Shown: positions 46,401-54,305 of the stretch, one piece after another
How positions within the stretch are numbered: the first letter of the stretch is position 1
Layout of the letters: the number at the start of each line of letters is the position of its first letter
Assembly: GCA_965223545.1 (NCBI GenBank)
Contig: OZ245006.1
Coordinates: 4,832,001 to 4,896,000 of the forward strand
Source: Planctomycetota bacterium
Lineage (GTDB): Bacteria > Planctomycetota > UBA1135 > UBA2386
Reading direction: 5' to 3'
DNA length: 64,000 nucleotides
Program-made: the position numbers and the translations under genes
Notes under the pieces: model-generated
What the model saw: the letters and a program-made list of their open reading frames with translations, nothing else
Databases searched by the model: none
What the model was told of the DNA's origin: nothing

Positions 46401-49223
46401 GCCGCGGTCGTAGATCGCGCCGAGTGCCGTGCGGGCGGCGTCCCGCCGCCCGCCGGCCTCGATCGCGCGCCCGAGTGCCGCGGCGAGGTCCGCCCGTGCC
46501 GCGTCCTCGAGCAGCGCGGCCTGCCCGGCCTGTCCGCCGGCGATCTCTTCGGCGAGGGCGAGCGCGGCCTCGAGGCCGGCGCGGCTCGGCGGTTCGGCGG
46601 ACGCGCCGAGGTTCTCGAGCAACCGGTCGCCGTCCTGCTCGAGGGCCCTGGCGCGCTCGGTCAAGCGTGCCGCGGTGTCTTCGAGCCGGCGTTCGAGTCC
46701 CCGGTCCCAGTCGTCGAGCCCGCAGTGCTCGAAGGCGTGGCCGGGCACCGCGCCGATGCCGCGCGCCGCCAGCTCGAGCTGCTCCGCGGCGGCATCCAGC
46801 TGCGCGCGGCGGGTCGCGTCGACGGCGTCCTCGGTGCCGAGCTCCAGCCGCACGGTGGCGGCGCCGCGGTGGCCGATCGCCGCCGAGAGGCCGGCGAAGG
46901 CCGAGACCCCGGCGGGCCGCCGCGCGCGCAGAGTCTCGCAGTAGGCGTTGAGCGTCTGTCGCGCCGCCAACAACCGGTCCGCCTGCGACTGCCACTCCTC
47001 GGGCTCGCGCAGACCGCCGATCTCGAGCGCCTCTTCGAGCTGCGCCAGCACCTGCTTCTTCTTGGCGCGGTTGGAGTGCAGCTCGAGACAGAACGGTCCG
47101 AGGCCGACGCGTTCGAGCCGCCGGCGCACGACGTGCAGGGCTGCCATCTTCTCGGACACGAACAGCACGCGTTGGCCTTCGGCGAGACAGTGCGCGATCA
47201 GGTTGGTGATGGTCTGCGACTTGCCGGTGCCGGGCGGCCCCTGCAGCACGAAGCTGCGGCCCTCGGCCGCGGCGAAGACCGCGGCGAGCTGCGACGAATC
47301 GGTGTTGAGCGGACAGTAGGTCTCTGCCGGCGAGCGGGCGTCCAGCGTGTCCGGTTCGGGAAACACCGCGTCGGGTTCGAACGGTTCCGCCGGTCGCTCG
47401 ACCAAGTGGCGCATCACCCGGCTGCGGCTCAACAGCTCGCGGTGCTCCTGCAGGTCGCGCCACATCAAGAACTTGGTGAACGAGAACAGGCCGATCGCCG
47501 CGGTCTCCTCGACGTCCCAGCGGTCGAACGGCAGCACTGCCTGGCGCACGCGGCGCACGATGTCCTCGACGTCGATCCCGGTGTCGTCCTCCGCGGGAGT
47601 CTCGAGGCCGCCGACGTCGAGGCCGAAGTCGTTGCGCAGCTTCTCCAGCAGGGTGATGTTGACACGCGGCTCCTCACCGGACAGCCGCACCGAGAAGCCC
47701 GAGCGTCGCGAGGGCCGCAGCAGATCGAGGGGCAGCAGCAGCAGCGGCGCGCGCCGGGGTTGCTGGCTCGCCGGGGCTTCGTACCAGGTCAGAAAACCGA
47801 GTGCGAGGTAGAGCAGGTTGGCGCCGCCCTCCTCGAAGCTGCTGCGCGCCTCGCGCTGCAGCTTGATCAGCCGCGGCTCGACCGCGTCTTCGGCGAGATC
47901 GGTGTGCAGCACGCCCTGCTCGAGGGCATCGTCGAGCGCCTGCTGCAGCGCGTCCGTGTGGGTGGTGGCCAGCGCCGGCCGCCCCGCCAGCCGGAACACC
48001 CGATCCTGAGCCAGCGCGTCTTCCAGCGCGGCGAGGTGCTGGCAGAGCAGCGGCACGGTGCGCAGGGTCTCGCGGTGGTTGAGCAGGCGATTGCGCAGCG
48101 AGAGGTCGAGCAGGCGGTGTTGCCACAGGTCGAGGCGCGACGCCGGTGTGGCCTGGGCTGCCGGAGCGCTGGCGGGCTCTGCCGAGGCCGCGTTCGCGGC
48201 GAGCGCCGGCTGGGTGGTAGCGGTACCAGCGACGGAGGGCTGCTCGGGGTACTCCTCCTCGTCGAACGCCGCCGCCGGCAGTGGGGCGATGTCGAGGGCG
48301 CGCGCGCGGCGCAAGTCGAGGGTGAACTCGTGCGCGTCGAGATCCCGCGCCGCGCGCCGGCCGGCGGTGACGGCCGCGTCGAAGTCGGCGCCCGCATCGG
48401 CGAACAGCGCCTGCGGGGTCCACACCTCGATCAGATCCAGGTCGAGCCGCTTCTTCAGCACCAGGCCTTCGGGCACGACGGCGGCGCGGAAGGTCTCCGC
48501 GCTCAGCCAAGAGCCGAGCAGGATGCCGTTGCGTTGCACCACGAGCAGCGGGTGCAGGCCGGCGCGCTCGAGCAGCGCGGCGCACAAGGTGGCCAGCTCC
48601 GCCGTGCTGGCGTTGCCGGCCGCCAGGATTTGCCCCGCGCTGCGCAGGGCCTGTGGCTGCAGCGGATCGGGATCGTCGGCGGCGCGGAGCACCTTGGCCG
48701 CGGCCAGCGCATCGAGGAGCGTGCGCGCGCGCGCACGGCTGTGCTCCGGGTCGCCCTGCACGTAGGCGGGCGCGTCGAGCTCGACGTCGGCGAGAAGGGT
48801 GTCGAGGGCCGGGTGTGACGGCTGGCAGAACGCCGCCAGCAGCTCCGGCTGCGCGGCGCCGCCGCACCACTCGGTGGCCGGCAGGACAGTGAACTCTCGC
48901 CGCGTGTCGGCGACGACGCGTTCGCCCCGCTGCAGCGCCGCCGACAGGATCGCGGGCACCGGTTCGCGGATCGTGGTGAGGCGCGCGGCGTCGAGGGGCA
49001 GCGGTGGTGGTTCGCTCTGCAACGCCGACGCCGGCAGGCGCAGGGGCTCGCCGAGCGCGGGCTCGACGCGCAGCTCCAGGCTGCATTCGTCGAGCGGCGG
49101 CAAACCGGCGCGGTGGATGCGCAGCGTTTGGATCAGCGGCGTGCCGCAGTGGAGGTGGGCGAGCCCGGCGCGATCGGAGATCGCGAGCTCGAGCGGAGCC
49201 GTGGGCGTCGGGGCCGATGGCAT
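43422..49223 (-). CDS. DUF4011 / SF1 helicase / Vsr-like (MTES_1575-type) nuclease / DUF3320 protein, ~1933 aa (Hhe-like anti-phage protein)
   Basis: W..RLLDLSLRNRLLN (DUF4011), QGPPGTGKSQTI.N, VLFVSEK.AAL, CFLMSPLSVAQ, FDEASQ, GDSKQLPP, HYRSRHE.LI, ENVQGDERD, GERRLNVAITRA, SPFE..V...Q.GC.GYRIDL...GIECDGATYH..ARDRD..RQ..LE..GW...RIWSTDW. Confidence 0.92.
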   Translation of the reverse strand: MPSAPTPTAPLELAISDRAGLAHLHCGTPLIQTLRIHRAGLPPLDECSLELRVEPALGEPLRLPASALQSEPPPLPLDAARLTTIREPVPAILSAALQRGERVVADTRREFTVLPATEWCGGAAQPELLAAFCQPSHPALDTLLADVELDAPAYVQGDPEHSRARARTLLDALAAAKVLRAADDPDPLQPQALRSAGQILAAGNASTAELATLCAALLERAGLHPLLVVQRNGILLGSWLSAETFRAAVVPEGLVLKKRLDLDLIEVWTPQALFADAGADFDAAVTAGRRAARDLDAHEFTLDLRRARALDIAPLPAAAFDEEEYPEQPSVAGTATTQPALAANAASAEPASAPAAQATPASRLDLWQHRLLDLSLRNRLLNHRETLRTVPLLCQHLAALEDALAQDRVFRLAGRPALATTHTDALQQALDDALEQGVLHTDLAEDAVEPRLIKLQREARSSFEEGGANLLYLALGFLTWYEAPASQQPRRAPLLLLPLDLLRPSRRSGFSVRLSGEEPRVNITLLEKLRNDFGLDVGGLETPAEDDTGIDVEDIVRRVRQAVLPFDRWDVEETAAIGLFSFTKFLMWRDLQEHRELLSRSRVMRHLVERPAEPFEPDAVFPEPDTLDARSPAETYCPLNTDSSQLAAVFAAAEGRSFVLQGPPGTGKSQTITNLIAHCLAEGQRVLFVSEKMAALHVVRRRLERVGLGPFCLELHSNRAKKKQVLAQLEEALEIGGLREPEEWQSQADRLLAARQTLNAYCETLRARRPAGVSAFAGLSAAIGHRGAATVRLELGTEDAVDATRRAQLDAAAEQLELAARGIGAVPGHAFEHCGLDDWDRGLERRLEDTAARLTERARALEQDGDRLLENLGASAEPPSRAGLEAALALAEEIAGGQAGQAALLEDAARADLAAALGRAIEAGGRRDAARTALGAIYDRGLLDLDLEALAARLARADSAWFPLSWWRRRPVVKALRGVLRAPQLPHRGELAQQLQQARTWRDDERACEAAHSMLQRAFGERAAEATPDWPAFSTELAWAQRTAAAAAILQQNTGVPPATSLRLAVAGADRQAALPDLQRATRTCRTTLEAFDECRSEATTLLALDDAAFGAPEQTGYAGRAAAIAGRWLEQRGALRPWTAYVRARDAAAALDLQPLVDALATGSCAPADVAARYAASFWDWWVGALLDAEPELRRFQGHLHAHAIEQFRDLDAALTTLAQQMVSARLAARMPRTAGGTASAGSEVGVLQRQLKKQRGHWPIRVLLRSLPHLLPRLKPCFLMSPLSVAQYLSSDIPPFDLVVFDEASQIPVWDAIGAIGRGARLVVVGDSKQLPPTTFFHRAEQDEDVEIDEEMVEELESILDECIAAQLPTRDLRWHYRSRHESLIAFSNYHYYGNRLFTFPSPADRDARMGVRWRPIDGVYDRSKTRTNRAEAEAVLTEIRSRIAAGDQRSIGVVTFSRPQQTLIEDLLDEARGEDAALDTHLAQEVDEPLFVKNLENVQGDERDVILFSVCYGPDARGRVYMNFGPLNQPGGERRLNVAITRAKQQVLVFSTLQPEQIDLTRVSSTAVGVRHLKAFLEYARLGPEALGTSSAAHAGADWDSPFERDVHEVLEEHGHTVHNQVGCSGYRIDLAVTAPDAPGHYVLGIECDGATYHSTASARDRDRIRQSVLESLGWSLHRIWSTDWLFDRDAEVRRLLGAVEDALARRAAAEPAQQPDAPAPQPKEAEPEAPPPAIDEGSAPARATPALYDEVELPAIADDEGLYDETHEAAAREAVATLVASESPVALEVVLRRLAGAFDVQRVTAKARARLQALVDGAGADKELLADGRAFLWSAGSHRRIAGYRVPGDEGRGERDIDDIHPAEIAHAAAEVLALGISLGREDLVRDTARRFGAKRVGRQIEESVSTAIDLLVAEGRARLDGERVVLPD

Positions 49224-49313
49224 GGCGACTGCACACGATTCCGCCGGCGGCGGTCGCGCGCAACGCGGAATTGGTCGAGCGCCCGGCGGGGGTTCGTGCG
49301 ATCGTTCTCGGCG

Positions 49314-50579
49314 ATGGTCACGCCGGCGAGATTGAACACAACGAGTGGTGTGCTGCTGCTGGCGGTCGCGCTGTCGTGCGCGCCCGCCGGGCCCGATGGA
49401 TCTGCCGGGTCCGACGCGCCGACCAAGGTGGTGCCCGAGCCGGCCCCGCAGCAGGCGGTGGGGCCGCCCCAGGCCGATCCGTGGAACACCGGCGAATGGC
49501 AAACCACCGCCTCGGGCCTGCAGTACCGCGTGCTGGAGCCCGGTGAGGGAGCGCCACCGGGGCCGGCCGACCAGGTCACGCTGCACTACACCAAGCAGGT
49601 CGCCGGCGGCGCGGTCGTGGCGACGGCCACGCCGGATGCGCCCGCGTCGGTGGTGGTCGGTGGGCTGCCGACGGCGGGCTGGAACGAGGCCGTCGCGCTC
49701 ATGCGGCCCGGTGCGCACCACCTGATCAAGATCCCGCCACACATCGGCTACGGCGAGATGGGCATGGACCCGGTGCCGCCCGACGCCACGCTGCACGTCG
49801 ACTGTCGCATGCTGTCGGTGCGTCGCATTCCGGAGTTTCGTCGGCTGCGTCCCGATCGGCAGCGGCACGCGCACCTCGGGCTGGTCTTCGACGTGCTGCG
49901 CGAAGGCTCCGGCACGGCGCCGGGGGACGACGAGACCGTGCGCTACCACTGCACGGTGTGGAACCACGCCGGCGATCTGGTCGAGAGCACGCTGTACGGC
50001 GCGGCGACCGAAGCGCGCCTCGCCGACTTGCCGCTGCCGGTGCACCGCGAGGCGTTGCGGCTGATGCGCCCGGGTTCGACGGTCTTGTTCCGCGCACCGG
50101 ACGAGATCACCTATCCGCGCGATCCGCGCTCTCGCCCGTCAACGATGCCCGTCGGCCGTCCCAGCTATTGGCGGTTGCGTCTGCTGGGCATCGTTCGCCC
50201 GCAGGCCGTGCCCGCGTTCGCCGGGGCCGATCCATCGGCGATGCAGAAGACCGACACTGGTCTTCGTTACGAAGTGCTGCAGGAAGGCGGCGGTGCGCCG
50301 CCGTCGCCGAGCGATCGCGTCGCCGTCCACTACGCCGGCTGGTTGGCGGACGGTTCCCTGTTCGACAGCTCGTACCCGCGGGGTGCGCCGGCGGAGTTCG
50401 ACGTCGACGGAGTGATCGCCGGCTGGCGCGAGGCGCTGCTGCGGATGGCGCCCGGCGCCGTGTACCGCCTGTGGATTCCGCCCGAGCTGGCGTACGCCGA
50501 AACCGGTGTGCCGGGCATGGTGCCGCCGGATGCGGTCTTGCTGTTCCACGTGCACCTGGTGCGCGTGCTGCGGCAGTAG
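49314..50579 (+). CDS. Triple-domain FKBP-type peptidyl-prolyl isomerase, probable lipoprotein
   Basis: Three FKBP repeats (SGLQY.VL..G.G..P...D.V.(V/L)HY; FDSS..RG; VI.GW.EAL..M; IPP..(G/A)Y); lipobox ALSC. Confidence 0.9.
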   Translation: MVTPARLNTTSGVLLLAVALSCAPAGPDGSAGSDAPTKVVPEPAPQQAVGPPQADPWNTGEWQTTASGLQYRVLEPGEGAPPGPADQVTLHYTKQVAGGAVVATATPDAPASVVVGGLPTAGWNEAVALMRPGAHHLIKIPPHIGYGEMGMDPVPPDATLHVDCRMLSVRRIPEFRRLRPDRQRHAHLGLVFDVLREGSGTAPGDDETVRYHCTVWNHAGDLVESTLYGAATEARLADLPLPVHREALRLMRPGSTVLFRAPDEITYPRDPRSRPSTMPVGRPSYWRLRLLGIVRPQAVPAFAGADPSAMQKTDTGLRYEVLQEGGGAPPSPSDRVAVHYAGWLADGSLFDSSYPRGAPAEFDVDGVIAGWREALLRMAPGAVYRLWIPPELAYAETGVPGMVPPDAVLLFHVHLVRVLRQ

Positions 50580-50596
50580 GGTGGGCGACGCGGCCG

Positions 50597-51349
50597 CTAC
50601 TCGCGCTCCGCGCCGAACTCCCGCCGCGCCCGCGCCAGGCTGTCGGCGTCGCCGATGTCGAACAGCCGGCCGCTGGCCGGCACCGCGCGGACGCGGCGGC
50701 GTCCGACCAGCCAGCTCAGAAAGTGGCCCGGGGCGTCCGGGTTGTTGTCGGTGGCGAGGTAGCGCGCGAGGTCGCCGGCGATATCGGCGGGGAATCGGTA
50801 CAGGCTGGTCGCCGCCAAGTCGGAGCGGGGGTCCATGGGCTTCTCGCGAAACGACGTGACCACGCCGGCGGCGTCGGCGCACACCTCGCCGTGCCGGCCG
50901 GGCGGCACCCCCTCGGGCATCCGGCGGCACAGGACGACCGGATCGCCGTGTGCCGTGAATGCGTCGTTGAGCGCGGTGAGCTCGAAGTCCAGGAGGTTGT
51001 CGCCGGACATCACCAGCAGGTCCTCGCCGCGCGCCTCCGGCGGCACCGCGTCGATGCCGAGGCGCAGGTCGGCGAGGGCGCCGCGGCGGTTGTCGTTGTC
51101 GGTGGCACCGTCGTCGACGATCGTGATCGGCACCGGGCAGGGGTAGCTCGCCGCCCACTGCTCGAACTGCGCGGCGAAGCGCGCGTTGCTGACGACCACG
51201 ACGCCGCGCAGATCGGGCAGGGCCACCGCGCGGTCGAGCACGTGCGACAGCACCGCGCGGCCACCCACCTCGAGCAGCGGCTTGGCGCGGTCGCGCGTCA
51301 GTGGATAGAGCCGCGTGGCGAAGCCGGCGGCGAGGACGATGGCTCGCAC
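50597..51349 (-). CDS. Sugar-1-phosphate nucleotidyltransferase
   Basis: IVLAAGFATRLYPLT....KPLL, N.RGAL.D, GDNL, F.EKP, DAPG.F, FDIG. Confidence 0.93.
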   Translation of the reverse strand: MRAIVLAAGFATRLYPLTRDRAKPLLEVGGRAVLSHVLDRAVALPDLRGVVVVSNARFAAQFEQWAASYPCPVPITIVDDGATDNDNRRGALADLRLGIDAVPPEARGEDLLVMSGDNLLDFELTALNDAFTAHGDPVVLCRRMPEGVPPGRHGEVCADAAGVVTSFREKPMDPRSDLAATSLYRFPADIAGDLARYLATDNNPDAPGHFLSWLVGRRRVRAVPASGRLFDIGDADSLARARREFGAERE

Positions 51350-51412
51350 GCCGCGGATCGTAGTCGCGCGCCGTGCCGCGCCCAAGGCGCGGGCACGCCG
51401 GTAGGCCGCGCT

Positions 51413-52423
51413 CTACTCCTCTTGCGCGGGGGCAATCGACGGTTGTGCGAAGCCGAAGCCCGCCCGCTCGTAGGCGGCGGCGAGCACGGGTAGATCCCGT
51501 TCGCTGCGCGGCAGGCCGACGACGGCGCCGCCGGAGCCACAGAACTTGACGGCGGCGCCGTGCTCACGCCCGAGCCGGACCATCTCGTGATCGCGCGCCG
51601 CCAGCTGCCAGATTGCGGCCCGGGTATTGAAGTTCTCGTCGACGCACGCCCGCAGCCCGTCGAGGTCGCCGCGGCGCAGGCACGCGACGCCGCGCTCGGC
51701 GATCCGTGGAAAGCGTTGGATGGCCTGCACCACGGCGGGCTCGCCGCGTTGCCAGCGGGCCCGCACGTCGTCGTGCACCACCCCGGAGCTGGTGCCGGGC
51801 GCGCGGTCCCAGGCGACGAACAGCGGCGGCAGCAGCGCCGGATCGAGCGCGACGTACGACGACGGTGTGCGGGTGGTGGAAAAGTCCATCCAAACCAGGC
51901 CGCCGTAGCACTGGATGACGCGGTCCTGCGGTCCCGCCGCGATGCCCAGGCGCGCAGTCTCGGCGCGGAGCGCGACCTCGGCCATCTCGGCCGGCGGCAT
52001 GTCGGTCCCGCTTGCGGCGCACAGCGCGCGGAGGGCGGCGATCACGATCGCGCTCGAGCCGGCGAGGCCGACCTGGCGCGGCACGTCCGACCAAAAGCGC
52101 AAGCCCACGCCGGCGTCGACGAGCGCGCGCACCGACGGGGCGGCGGCGGCGAGCTCGGCGGTGGCCGCGCCCAGCAACAGCCCTCCACCCGACAACCGGC
52201 GCGCGGCCAGCGCGCCCTGCAGGGCGTCGAGGTCGCCGACGGTTTCCGCAGGGGCGTCGCCCGTGCCGAGCTGGATCCCGCGCGCGTTCCCGAGCTCGGC
52301 GCGGGCACCGAAGTCGGCGATCGCGAACGACAGCACCTTGCCGCCAAAGCCGTCGGACGGGTTGCCCAGCAGCCCGACGCGGGCCGGTGCAGTGCCGGCC
52401 CACGGTCGCTCGTCGCGCGCCAT
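51413..52423 (-). CDS. GHMP kinase, glucuronokinase-like
   Basis: ARVGLLGNPSDGFGGK, P.QVGLAGSSAI, GI.AGPQDRVIQ.YGGLV.MDF, SG.VH.DVR.RW, ENF..R, KF.GSGGAVV. Confidence 0.85.
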   Translation of the reverse strand: MARDERPWAGTAPARVGLLGNPSDGFGGKVLSFAIADFGARAELGNARGIQLGTGDAPAETVGDLDALQGALAARRLSGGGLLLGAATAELAAAAPSVRALVDAGVGLRFWSDVPRQVGLAGSSAIVIAALRALCAASGTDMPPAEMAEVALRAETARLGIAAGPQDRVIQCYGGLVWMDFSTTRTPSSYVALDPALLPPLFVAWDRAPGTSSGVVHDDVRARWQRGEPAVVQAIQRFPRIAERGVACLRRGDLDGLRACVDENFNTRAAIWQLAARDHEMVRLGREHGAAVKFCGSGGAVVGLPRSERDLPVLAAAYERAGFGFAQPSIAPAQEE

Positions 52424-52485
52424 CGGCGCATGCGAGGCGAACGACGGATCGCGGTCAAGAGTGGCGGAACGGTATGCTCGCCGCG

Positions 52486-53528
52486 ATGACGTTGACCGAG
52501 GCGGACATCGCGAAAGTCTTGCGGCTCCCGGTCGAGATCGACAGCACCGCGCTGCGCGGTTGCCGGTCGCCGGCGGATGGCCCCGGCACACGACGGTCGT
52601 CGAGCTGCGCGGCGGCGGCCTTGTCGGTTCGGGCGAGGACGTGATCTACGACAGCACTGCGCAGCGCGCTTGGCAGGCGGAGCCGAGGGGTATCGCGGCG
52701 CTCTGTGGACGTTGGACCCTGGCCGAGCTGTCACACCGGATCGACGGGATCGACGTGTTTCCGGCGCCGCCGGCGGATGCCGCGCACAGCCTGTATCGGC
52801 GTTGGGCGCTGGAGAGCGCGGCGCTGGCGCTGGCGTTGGCGCAGGCGGAGACCACGCTCGGCGCTGTGCTCGGCCGCGAGGTCGCGCCGGTTCGCTACGT
52901 CGTTTCGCTGGCGCTCGGCGACCCGCCGAGCCTCGAGCGGTTGTCGGCGGTGCGTGCGCTCTACCCGGCGGCGCGCTTCAAGGTGGATCTGTCCGCGGCG
53001 TGGGATCGCTCGTTGATCGAGCAGCTGGCGGCACTCGACTGCATCGACGTGGTCGACCTCAAAGGGCTGTACCGCGGCGCGTTCCAGGGGCCGCCGGCAA
53101 ACGCCGCCCAATATCGGTGGATCGCCGAGCTGCTGCCGAAGGTCTGGCTGGAAGATCCCGAGTGGACCGAGGAAACCCGGGCGGCGCTCGCGCCGCACGT
53201 GCACCGCGTCACTTGGGATGCCAACCAGCACGCGCTCTCGGATCTGATCGCCCGCGAAGACGAGCCCCGCTGCGTCAACATCAAGCCGTCGCGCTTCGGC
53301 TTCCTTGCGGAGCTGCTGCGCTACTACGCGTACTGCGAGGCCCGCGGCATCCGCATGTACGGCGGCGGCCAGTTCGAGCTGGACGTCGGCCGCGCGCAGA
53401 ACCAGGCGCTGGCGGCGCTGTTCCACGCCGACGCGCCCAACGATCTGGCGCCGTCTTTGTTCAACGAGTCGCCGCTGCGCGATGATCTCCCGCCGAGCCC
53501 GCTGCGCGATTGCGCGCGGTTCTCCTGA
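52486..53528 (+). pseudogene. Enolase-superfamily protein (OSBS/epimerase-like), frameshifted near 52555
   Basis: MTLTEADIAKVLRLPVEIDSTAL is in one frame; R.TTVVELRGGG..G.GEDV.Y, RWALESAAL.LAL, FKVD, VDLKG.Y, LEDP, TWDA, NIKPSRFG, YGGGQFEL are in the other. Confidence 0.8.
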
Positions 53529-53532
53529 TCCT

Positions 53533-54135
53533 TCAGTTTTCGGCGGAGTCCTGATCGGCGGTGCGCAGGTCGACCGGCGCGTCGCCGAGGCGGGCGGCGC
53601 CGCCGAGCCGCGGGGCCGTGCGCTCGTCACCTTCGCTCGAGCTTGCTGCGGCGAGCTGCGCGGGCAGCAACGGCGCGAACGGGATCGAGACGAACACGTC
53701 GCTCTCGTCCCAGGTGAGCAGCACGTCGGCGTAGACCACGGGGAATCCCGGTGCGGCCAGCTCGATGGTGACGATCGCCTCGTCGCGGTCGAACTCGGGC
53801 TCGAGGACTGCGCGGCCGAAGCCGTCCTCGACGAAGCCGACATCGGCGAAGGCGATCTCGTGCTCGGTGAAGAGAACGGTGCCGAACGCGTCCGACAGGT
53901 AGAAGTCGTTCGGGTCCGGGTTGGCCAGGATCAGCCCCGACCACTCGAGCTCGGCTTCGGCGATGCGCACCTCGACGCCTTCCCAGACCAGGTTGGTGGC
54001 CGGGTCGTAGACCTCGACTTCGACGCTGACGAAGTGCACCGGCAGTACCGGGTCCGGCGCGCGGCGGCGGCCGCCGCAGCTGGCCGCGCTGAGCAGGGCG
54101 GCGAACAGGGACAACAGACAGAGTTGCTTGCGCAT
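53533..54135 (-). CDS. Hypothetical acidic lipoprotein
   Basis: Lipobox SAASC after a hydrophobic stretch; beta-rich, prealbumin-like pattern. Confidence 0.8.
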   Translation of the reverse strand: MRKQLCLLSLFAALLSAASCGGRRRAPDPVLPVHFVSVEVEVYDPATNLVWEGVEVRIAEAELEWSGLILANPDPNDFYLSDAFGTVLFTEHEIAFADVGFVEDGFGRAVLEPEFDRDEAIVTIELAAPGFPVVYADVLLTWDESDVFVSIPFAPLLPAQLAAASSSEGDERTAPRLGGAARLGDAPVDLRTADQDSAEN

Positions 54136-54150
54136 GGCACCAGGGTCTAG

Positions 54151-54166
54151 TCAATTGCCGTGCCAA
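54151..54166 (-). promoter_or_regulatory. Possible sigma54 (-24/-12) promoter
   Basis: Minus strand TTGGCACGGCAATTGA versus consensus YTGGCACG-N4-TTGC (one mismatch, at -12), 15 nt upstream of the ATG. Confidence 0.35.
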
Positions 54167-54305
54167 CGCCGCAAGTCGCGCACTCGGGGCCCGAATCGCC
54201 CCTCCAAGGTCCCTCGGTGCGCGGTTGTGTCCCCCTCTCGCAACAGCGTTGTCGCCCAAACCACAGGCATTTCGCCCTTCAAGAGCCGTCGTGTCCCCAT
54301 CGTCG

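Noticed and set aside
43611..48818. 1735-aa plus-strand ORF and many other long antisense or alternate-frame ORFs (e.g. 447..2348, 6547..8835, 15053..16813, 16080..18227)
   Set aside because: Shadow ORFs expected in very GC-rich DNA; Arg/Ala/Pro-rich with no motifs, and overlapping well-supported genes.
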